Source of the DNA: Candidatus Latescibacterota bacterium
Lineage (GTDB): Bacteria; Latescibacterota; UBA2968; GCA-2709665
Length of the DNA: 64,000 bases
Reading direction: 5' to 3'
Assembly: GCA_965205485.1 (NCBI GenBank)
Contig: OZ242180.1
Location: 3,200,001-3,264,000 of the forward strand
Part shown: positions 49,807 to 57,398 of the stretch, piece by piece
Layout: each line of letters opens with the position of its first letter
How positions within the stretch are numbered: position 1 is the first letter of the stretch
Notes under the pieces: model-generated
What the model was told of the DNA's origin: nothing
Databases searched by the model: none
Seen by the model: the letters and a program-made list of their open reading frames with translations, nothing else
Position numbers and translations under genes: made by a program

Positions 49807-51891
49807 TCAGGAACCCCGGCCAAAGCTTTTTCGCAAGATGGACCAATCGGAATACCCGATATCCCCGTCGTTGTCCAGATCAAAGCGGGAGTCATATCCG
49901 GCATCTCCCCAGCTCAGCCCGAACTTCGCGACGAATTGCAGAAAGTCGGTAAAGCCCACGGTTCCATCGCCATCGAAATCGGCAGCAAGGGGTTGCAGCG
50001 TGGCACGTGACGAGACATCCCACAGCAGAATTGTACAGTCGTAACTGCCACTTGCCAACGTTGTCCCATCCGGCGAGAACATCACCGAATTGATCGGGTC
50101 GGTATGTCCGGTGAGGGTGCGTATATCCCGCCCCGTGGCGACGTCCCACAACCACACGACCTTGAACGGACTGCTGGTTGCCAGTGTGGTCCCATCGGGC
50201 GAAAACGCCACCGACCGGAAATTGTCGCCACTGGTGAAGGCGCGTAGTTGTTCGCCCGTGGCCGCGCTCCACAACCGAACCGTACCATCGCCATCGGCGC
50301 TTGCAAGCGTCGCTCCATCATAGGAAAACGCCAACGCAAAGATCCATCGTGAATGTCCTGCAAGGGTATTTCTCTCCAGCCCTGTGGCCACGTCCCACAA
50401 CCGCACCGTGCCGTCTCTACTGGAACTTGCCAGCGTTCTGCCATCGGGCGAAAACGCCACCGAATAGACAACGTCGGAATGTCCTGTGAGCGTACTTTTC
50501 TCCCCCCCTTCAGCTGCATCCCACAAACGCACCGTACCCTCGTTGTCAGCGCTTGCAATCGTCTTCCCATCTGGCGAAAACGCTACGGATACGACCCGAC
50601 CGGCATGTCCTGTGAGAGTGCTTGTCTCCTGCCCCGTGGCCGCGTCCCACACCCGCACCGTCCTGTCGTAACTGCCGCTGGCCAGCGTCGTCCCATCCGG
50701 CGAGAACACCACCGACCTGACCGAACTGGTATGTCCTGTGAGGGTACTTTTCTCGATTCCCGTGGCCATGTCCCACACCCGCACCGTCCTGTCCCAGCTG
50801 CCGCTTGCCAGAGTACTTCCATCAGGCGAGAACACCACCGAATGTACTTCGCGGCTATGCCCTGTGATGGTGAGGGAGATGGTGCTTGTTTCGTGTCCCG
50901 TTTCCACGTACCACTGTCGCACCGTATTGTCCCAACCGGCGCTTGCCAGCGTCAGACCGTCCGGAGAAAAGACAACCGAACGGACCCCACGGGTATGTCC
51001 TGTGAGCGTGCCTATCTCCTGCCCGGTGGCCGTATCCCACAACCGCGCCACATTGTCCCAACCGCCGCTTGCCAGAGTCGTTCCATCCGGAGAATAAACC
51101 ACCGAATTCACCACATGGGTATGTCCTTCCAAGGTGAGTCGTTCCTGTCCCGTTTCCACGTCCCACAACCGCACGGTACTGTCCCGACCGGCGCTTGCCA
51201 GAGTCGTTCCAACCGGCGAAAACGCTACCGAAGTGGGTCTATTCGTATGTCCAATGAGCGTGTGTTTTTCCTGTCCTGTGTTAACGTCCCACACCCGCAC
51301 CGTCGTGTCACGATTGGCGCTTGCAAGCGTCGCTCCATCGGGCGAAAACGCCACCGACACGATCCAGGGGTTACTATACTCATCCGTGTACTTTTCGTTG
51401 ATGAGCCTGTGTTGTTCCTGCCCGGTTTCCACGTCCCACACTCGCACCGTGCCGTCGCGACTGCCGCTTGCCAGGGTCGTCCCATCCGGCGAGAATGCCA
51501 CGGCCTCGACGTCGTACTTATGTCCTGTGAGGATGCTTTTCTCCTGTCCGGTGGCCACGTCCCACAACCGCACCGTATGGTCCCGGCTGCCGCTTGCCAG
51601 TGTCAGACCATCGGGTGAAAACGCAACCGCATTGACTCTGAACGAATGTCCGGCGATCAGGGTAATTTCCTCTCCGGTGCGGGCATCGTAGAGCCAGATG
51701 CCGACGCTGCCACCCACGGCCAGGAGCGTGCGGTCCGGTGACCACGCCATGTGGCGTACATTTCCTTTGCCCAGACGCATGCGGGCGCCTTCGGGCAGAC
51801 TCCAGCGATTGTAGTCTTGTGCGGGGATTTCATGCGAAAACAAGACGGTCGCAAATACAAGCGTGAGGCTCAAAATTGTAGATCTTTTCAT
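49807..51891 (-). CDS. Secreted WD40-repeat protein (14 repeats) with dockerin-like domain; array copy E
   Basis: Start set at MKRSTILSL with GGGAGGACATTCAG-ATG context. Confidence 0.9.
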   Translation of the reverse strand: MKRSTILSLTLVFATVLFSHEIPAQDYNRWSLPEGARMRLGKGNVRHMAWSPDRTLLAVGGSVGIWLYDARTGEEITLIAGHSFRVNAVAFSPDGLTLASGSRDHTVRLWDVATGQEKSILTGHKYDVEAVAFSPDGTTLASGSRDGTVRVWDVETGQEQHRLINEKYTDEYSNPWIVSVAFSPDGATLASANRDTTVRVWDVNTGQEKHTLIGHTNRPTSVAFSPVGTTLASAGRDSTVRLWDVETGQERLTLEGHTHVVNSVVYSPDGTTLASGGWDNVARLWDTATGQEIGTLTGHTRGVRSVVFSPDGLTLASAGWDNTVRQWYVETGHETSTISLTITGHSREVHSVVFSPDGSTLASGSWDRTVRVWDMATGIEKSTLTGHTSSVRSVVFSPDGTTLASGSYDRTVRVWDAATGQETSTLTGHAGRVVSVAFSPDGKTIASADNEGTVRLWDAAEGGEKSTLTGHSDVVYSVAFSPDGRTLASSSRDGTVRLWDVATGLERNTLAGHSRWIFALAFSYDGATLASADGDGTVRLWSAATGEQLRAFTSGDNFRSVAFSPDGTTLATSSPFKVVWLWDVATGRDIRTLTGHTDPINSVMFSPDGTTLASGSYDCTILLWDVSSRATLQPLAADFDGDGTVGFTDFLQFVAKFGLSWGDAGYDSRFDLDNDGDIGYSDWSILRKSFGRGS

Positions 51892-52025
51892 CTGAATGTC
51901 CTCCCTGACTATGCTTAGACCACATGAAGAGACAGCAATTGATGTGACTTTAGTGATGGCCTGGCGCAAGATGATGATTCACGGAGAGGCCTGGCGCGCC
52001 CGCTTGCCGATACCGTTTGTCCGCT

Positions 52026-54119
52026 TCAGGTACCCCGCCTGAAACTACGTCTGAAGATCGTCCAGTCGCCGTACGAGACGGTACCGTCGCCGTCCAGATC
52101 GAAGCGCGCGTCATATCCGGCGTCTCCCAAGCTCAGCCCGTACTTCGCGACGAATTGCAGGTAGTCGGAAAAACCCACGGCCCCGTCGCCGTCGAAGTCG
52201 GCGGCAAGGGGCTGCAGCGCGGCACGGGAAGAGACGTCCCACATCAGAATCGTACCGTCGTAACTGCCGCTAGCCAGCCTCGTACCATCCGGAGAAAACA
52301 CCACCGACCTGATCAGACTGGTATGTCCCGTGAAGATTCGTATATCCTGCCCGGTGGCCACGTCCCACAACCACACGGGCCCAAACAGACTGCCGGTCGT
52401 GAGCGTTGCCCCGTCGGGCGAAAACGCCACAGACAAGAAACTCTCCTTATATGCAGTGTGGGTGCGAATAAGCTGTCCTGTGGCTACGTCCCACATCCTC
52501 ATCGTACCATCGCCATCTGGGCCTGCGAGCGTCGTCCCATCAGGTGAAAACGCCAGCGAATAGATCCAGCGGGAATGTCCTGCGAGCGTGGTTTTCTCGT
52601 GCCCCGTGGCCGGGTCCCACAATCGTACCGTCGCATCCAGACTGCTGCTTGCCAGCGTTCTGCCATCCGGCGAAAACGCCACGGAATAGACCATTGCCGC
52701 GTGTTCTCTCAGGACGTGTTTTTCCTGTCCGGTGGCCACGTCCCACAACCGCACGGTATTGTCACTGCCGGCGCTTGCCAGCGTCAGTCCATCGGGCGAG
52801 AATGCCACCGATCCGACCCGACTGGTATGTCCTTTGAGCGTGGTTTTTTCGTGCCCTGTGGCCACGTCCCACAACCGCACCGTCCAGTCGTAACTGCCGC
52901 TTGCCAGCGTTCTGCCATCCGGCGAATACGCCACCGCCCTGACCAGACTGTTATGTCCTTCAATGACGCGTCTCTCCTGGCCTGCGGCCGCGTCCCACAG
53001 CCGCACCGTCCAGTCCCAACTACCGCCCGCCAGTCGACTCCCGTCCGGCGAAAACGCCACCGAATGTAATTGTCGGGTATGCCCTGGGAGGGTGACCGTG
53101 AGGGTGCTTCGTTTCTGCCCCGTATCCACGTCCCACACCCGCACCGTATTGTCCCAATCGACGGTGGACAGCGTTCTGCCATCCGGCGAAAACGCCGCCG
53201 ACCTGACATACCTCGTATGTCCCGTCAGGGCGTGTCTTCCCTGCCCGGTGGCCACGTCCCACAATCGCAACATTGCGTCCCGATAGCCACCACCGATTGC
53301 CAGGGTCGATCCGTCCGGCGAAAACACCACGGAAGAGACGGTAGACCCATGACCAGTGAGCGTGCTTTTTTCCTTGCCGGTGGCCGCGTCCCACATCCGC
53401 ACCGTAGAGCCGCTTGCGGCGCTTGCCAGCGTCAGACCGTCAGGCGAAAACGCGACCGACCGGACTCTTCCGATGAACGACCAGAATTCTCCGACAGTTC
53501 CAGTAAGCGCGTGTTGCTCCTGTCCGGTGGCCATGTCCCACACCCGCACCGTAGAGTCACTTCCCGCGCTTGCCAGCGTCCGTCCATCGGGTGAAAACAC
53601 GACTGTCCAAACCTTTCCGGCATGTCCTGTGAGCGTGTGTTGTTCCTGACCGGCGGCCACGTCCCATACCCGCACGGTAGAGTCGCTGCCGGCGCTTGCC
53701 AACATCGTCCCGTCCAGTGAGAACGCCACCGCCTCGACGTCGCCGGTATGTCCCGTGAGGATGCTTTTTTGCTGTCCCGTGGCCACGTCCCACAACCGCA
53801 CCGTATGGTCCCGGCTGCCGCTCGCCAGCGTCACACCGTCGGGCGAAATCGCAATGCCGTTTACTCTGTGAGAGTGTCCCGTGATCAGCGAGATTTCCTC
53901 GCCGGTCCCGGAATCGTAGAGCCAGATGCCGACACTGCCACCCACCGCCAGGCGCGTTCTGTCCGGCGACCAGACCACGTCGCGCACGTCTCCTTTGCCC
54001 AGGCGCATCAGCGCCCCGTCGGGGAGATTCCAGCGATTGTAATCCTGAGCGCGGGCGGCTTGTGCGAACAAGGCAGCCGCCAGGAGAATAACAGTGCTCA
54101 CTATCGATGTCCTGTTCAT
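52026..54119 (-). CDS. Secreted WD40-repeat protein (14 repeats) with dockerin-like domain; array copy F, first in transcription order
   Basis: Start set at MNRTSIVSTV with GAGGAGGGCATTCAG-ATG context; ARA-QD cleavage site. Confidence 0.9.
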   Translation of the reverse strand: MNRTSIVSTVILLAAALFAQAARAQDYNRWNLPDGALMRLGKGDVRDVVWSPDRTRLAVGGSVGIWLYDSGTGEEISLITGHSHRVNGIAISPDGVTLASGSRDHTVRLWDVATGQQKSILTGHTGDVEAVAFSLDGTMLASAGSDSTVRVWDVAAGQEQHTLTGHAGKVWTVVFSPDGRTLASAGSDSTVRVWDMATGQEQHALTGTVGEFWSFIGRVRSVAFSPDGLTLASAASGSTVRMWDAATGKEKSTLTGHGSTVSSVVFSPDGSTLAIGGGYRDAMLRLWDVATGQGRHALTGHTRYVRSAAFSPDGRTLSTVDWDNTVRVWDVDTGQKRSTLTVTLPGHTRQLHSVAFSPDGSRLAGGSWDWTVRLWDAAAGQERRVIEGHNSLVRAVAYSPDGRTLASGSYDWTVRLWDVATGHEKTTLKGHTSRVGSVAFSPDGLTLASAGSDNTVRLWDVATGQEKHVLREHAAMVYSVAFSPDGRTLASSSLDATVRLWDPATGHEKTTLAGHSRWIYSLAFSPDGTTLAGPDGDGTMRMWDVATGQLIRTHTAYKESFLSVAFSPDGATLTTGSLFGPVWLWDVATGQDIRIFTGHTSLIRSVVFSPDGTRLASGSYDGTILMWDVSSRAALQPLAADFDGDGAVGFSDYLQFVAKYGLSLGDAGYDARFDLDGDGTVSYGDWTIFRRSFRRGT

Positions 54120-54186
54120 CTGAATGCCCTCCTCGACCACGAATGATTGTGACTAAACGGATTGACATTGATCGAACCGCACGGCC

Positions 54187-54900
54187 CGCCGCACTGCCAT
54201 ACCCAGGGCTGTTGTTCTCGCGGGTACCGGCATCAGTCGTCGGAATCGACCGCAAGGCGCGCCGCTCGGCCGCACCGGGACCGTGATACCCGTGATTATG
54301 GTTAATTACCGGGAAATTGAAGCGGAAGACACGTCGCCGAACCGTAGCCCGTACGGTGGTTACCGGTGATTGACCGGCACAACGGCGCAGGGCGCGCCGC
54401 TCGACCGCACGCATGCAGCGATTCAAGAGAGCAGGGCAAAAAACCGTGAGGAAGGGGCAGGAACTGGCCGCCCGGCCACACCCGGGACCTGGATTCACGC
54501 AATCGCGAGGGAAAGACTGTGCTGAACGCGCAGGCGCGCCATTCAGTCACCTACCGCACCGTGAATCAAGCTTTTAAGCGGCACACAGCCGTGACGAAGG
54601 CACAGGACGTGCCAACCGGCCATACCAGGGAACAGCCATTCGCGTGGTTGCGGGGTCTACCAGTGGTGAAGGCGCAAGGCGCGCCACTCAGCCACGCCCG
54701 GGACTGCGATCAATTGTGGTTACGGCGATTGACCGTGACAGGTACACTACCACCGCCATCCGGTCACAACCCGGACGGTGATTCGCGCGAGAACCGTGCC
54801 TTACCGTGACTAAGACGCATGGGGTGTACAAAGCTACACCACGGTTGGCGATTCACGCAATTTACGGGCGATCGATTGAGATTAAACAGTATGAAGAGAC
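54187..54900. repeat. Degenerate non-coding tandem repeat, about 72-bp period, about 10 units
   Basis: Units begin near 54187, 54260, 54335, 54395, 54466, 54537, 54610, 54682, 54754 and ~54824. Core approximates CGCCRCYCRGCCRCACCCGGGACNGTGATTCRCG; alternate units are preceded by a GCA(R)GGCG motif. Confidence 0.6.
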
Positions 54901-55450
54901 TGTGCCTGGTGGGAATTCAGGATTGAACCGGAGGGCGTGAAAGCGACAGGTAGAGACCTGTTATATGATTCGGCCCCGTCATTCGATGACTCACACAGCG
55001 CAACGTGTCATTTCAGGTGTTGCCCCGAGCCACAGTTTCTCACGTAAATGTACTTCGGCAAAACGCTTAGCGACGTGGATCCAAATATCACCCCCCCCTT
55101 TTTTTCTGCGGGCAGGACGGTAACCGGCATTAGCGATCTGTGCAGCCGATCATCGCCTGCAAGAAGACGTGCAGCAGCAGTAAGCTAGACGATGTTGGTT
55201 CGACTATCACCTCCTTCATTCTTTGCGCTCAGGTCAGGGAATGGCGGTCAATCGCAAATTACGCCGATCATCGCCTGCGGGGCTATACCGGATTTGAAAT
55301 TCCCTCGACCTCCGGTCGGCGTTGGCTCCATTTACGGAAGACGTATGCTAATACGCAACTTTAGTTGTAGTTTAATCCATGGCTCACGTAATGTCAACCG
55401 TTAAATCGATGCGTAGCGTATCCGGCTCTTCAGTCGCTATTTCCCAGTCG

Positions 55451-56359
55451 TTACGTACCGGATCCCCCACCCGTCAGGTCGGCGTGAGCGAAGTGCCAGT
55501 CTTCAATGTGGTTCAGGACGACGGCGGAGGTGAGTGTGCCGTCGTTTTCCAGGCCAAGTGTATTGTGAATATCCACGATCTTCTCATTTGAGTGGATCCG
55601 GTTTCGCACAAACGCGTTCCAAGCGTTCACGGCGCCCGCGTCAATACTCCCGTTGTTCCGCTCGAGAATCCACGCTTCGAAGTCGAGATAGGACGGTGCG
55701 TTGTCCCGGATGAAACCCACGGCGTCGTGCGGCTCGACGTTCACGGCGCGCAGAGCGCGGGGGTCCAGGCCGTCTTCGGTCATGTCCGGATAGTCGGGAT
55801 GCAGCAGGTTCCGCGATCTGAGGAGAATCTTCAGCCACGTTCGAGGGAGCTGGCAGACGTTGAGAGGGCCGTAGTCCAGGCTGGAGATGAGGGGCACCAC
55901 GCGACCGTCCAGGGCGGAAAATTCACTATTCAGGTCGCGTTTGTAGAAAAGCGACCAGTCCTGGAGGCCGTTGAGGACCACGGCAGACGTGATCGCGCCG
56001 TCATTGGGAATGCCGATGTCCCCCGTGGTTTCCTCAAGCTTGTCGGGCCGTGTGTGAATCCGGGTGCGTACGGATTCGTTCCAGCCGTCGATCGCCTTTC
56101 GGTCGAGCGTTCCGTCGTTCTGCCGGAGGACCCAGGCTTCGAACTGCAGGTAGCCGGGCATGTTCTCACGCAGATAGGACAGGGTGTTCGCCCTGTCCAG
56201 ATTCAACACTTCGAGGACGGATTTGTCGAGGCCTTCGCTGACATCGGGGTATTCTTCGTCGAGGATGCCGGCGTTCCGGAGCAGGACCTTCCACCAGGTC
56301 CGCGGGAGCTGACAGACTTCAAGCGGACCGTAGCACAGGCTGCTGAGCAGGGGGATCAT
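55451..56359 (-). CDS. Protein with an internal tandem duplication, DUF5069-like
   Basis: AAGGAGG RBS. Two ~150-aa halves each read PL.SSL.YGPL.VCQLPRTW.K.LLR...L...YPD...GLD...L...Y L.FEAW......W N..VR.RIH...TSAVVLN...DW.. Confidence 0.75.
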   Translation of the reverse strand: MIPLLSSLCYGPLEVCQLPRTWWKVLLRNAGILDEEYPDVSEGLDKSVLEVLNLDRANTLSYLRENMPGYLQFEAWVLRQNDGTLDRKAIDGWNESVRTRIHTRPDKLEETTGDIGIPNDGAITSAVVLNGLQDWSLFYKRDLNSEFSALDGRVVPLISSLDYGPLNVCQLPRTWLKILLRSRNLLHPDYPDMTEDGLDPRALRAVNVEPHDAVGFIRDNAPSYLDFEAWILERNNGSIDAGAVNAWNAFVRNRIHSNEKIVDIHNTLGLENDGTLTSAVVLNHIEDWHFAHADLTGGGSGT

Positions 56360-56447
56360 GGGTGTGTCCTCCTTGATTAGGGTCCATAGGCGCAGCAAAG
56401 AGCTTCGGAAGAGGATATCGCCTGCGTCGGGCGCAGTCAATCACCAT

Positions 56448-57338
56448 TCAGACTGCAATCTCCATCATACCCAGCGCCGTCGCTTTCCGGATGACAAAGG
56501 CGCTCTCCTCGCTGGTGAGCGGACGCTGCGGCGGACGGGGATCCCCGCAGTCGATGCCGAGCTTCTCGGATATCAGGGCCTTCATGGACGCGATGTATCC
56601 GGCGCGGTTGAAGATCGTATAGAGTTCGGCCGCCCGATCCTGTTCGGCCTCGGCGGTCTTGATATCGCCGCTGTGGTACGCCGTCCAGATATTGACCCAC
56701 ACATCCGGAGACAGCGCAAGGGGGCCGTCAACGCAGCCTGATGCGCCGATGGTGAGCGCGGGAAGGAGCAGCGCGGCGCTGCCGATCAGGCACGACAGGT
56801 CCATCCTCGCGAAATGGCGCGTGTTTACGAATGCCGGAGCGGAATGTTTGAGGCCGGCGAGTTGCGGTACATGCTCCCTGATCTTCTCAGCCAGTTCGAG
56901 GGTGATCTCCACGCCCGTGGCGCCCGGAAGGTTGTAGAGGAAGAGCGGAAGGTCCGCTGCCTCGCCCACCACCCTGTAGTGTTCGACGATTTCGTCGGGT
57001 CCGGGCCGGTAGAAGAACGGAGGCACGGCGCAGATGGCGTCAACCCGTGCCTTTGCGGCGTTTTCGGCCATCCCGGCGGCGCGCTTCGTGGTGGGCGCGC
57101 CCACGTGCATGATGACTTTCGCGCGGCCCGTGGCCTGGTCGGCGGCGGCTTCGGCAATGCGGGCGTTTTCCTCGTCATCCAGCAGGACGCTTTCACCCGC
57201 GCCGCCGGCAACCCAGAAACCGTGGGCGCCCGATTTTACGTTGTATTCCACGAGCCGGCGGAAGGCATCTTCGTTGAAGCCGCCTTCTCGCGTCATCGGC
57301 GTGATCAGAGCGGGGTAGATGCCGCGGAATGCGTTCAT
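56448..57338 (-). CDS. Dihydrodipicolinate synthase / N-acetylneuraminate lyase family protein
   Basis: Motifs GIYPALITP, G.GE, HVGA, PPFFY, LYNLP..TG and Schiff-base GLKHS. Confidence 0.88.
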   Translation of the reverse strand: MNAFRGIYPALITPMTREGGFNEDAFRRLVEYNVKSGAHGFWVAGGAGESVLLDDEENARIAEAAADQATGRAKVIMHVGAPTTKRAAGMAENAAKARVDAICAVPPFFYRPGPDEIVEHYRVVGEAADLPLFLYNLPGATGVEITLELAEKIREHVPQLAGLKHSAPAFVNTRHFARMDLSCLIGSAALLLPALTIGASGCVDGPLALSPDVWVNIWTAYHSGDIKTAEAEQDRAAELYTIFNRAGYIASMKALISEKLGIDCGDPRPPQRPLTSEESAFVIRKATALGMMEIAV

Positions 57339-57398
57339 TTGACGTCTCTTCGTTAAAATGTGGAGAACCGGACTTCCTTCGCGCGCCGCCGATCGAAC

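Noticed and set aside
54187..54900. CRISPR array interpretation of the ~72-bp periodic region
   Set aside because: Units are too degenerate, similarity is spread across the unit rather than confined to an invariant repeat, and no cas genes are present.
40567..55450. Diversity-generating retroelement or shufflon acting on the WD40 array
   Set aside because: No reverse transcriptase or site-specific recombinase in the window, no template/variable pair with adenine-specific differences noticed, and all genes are complete and co-oriented.
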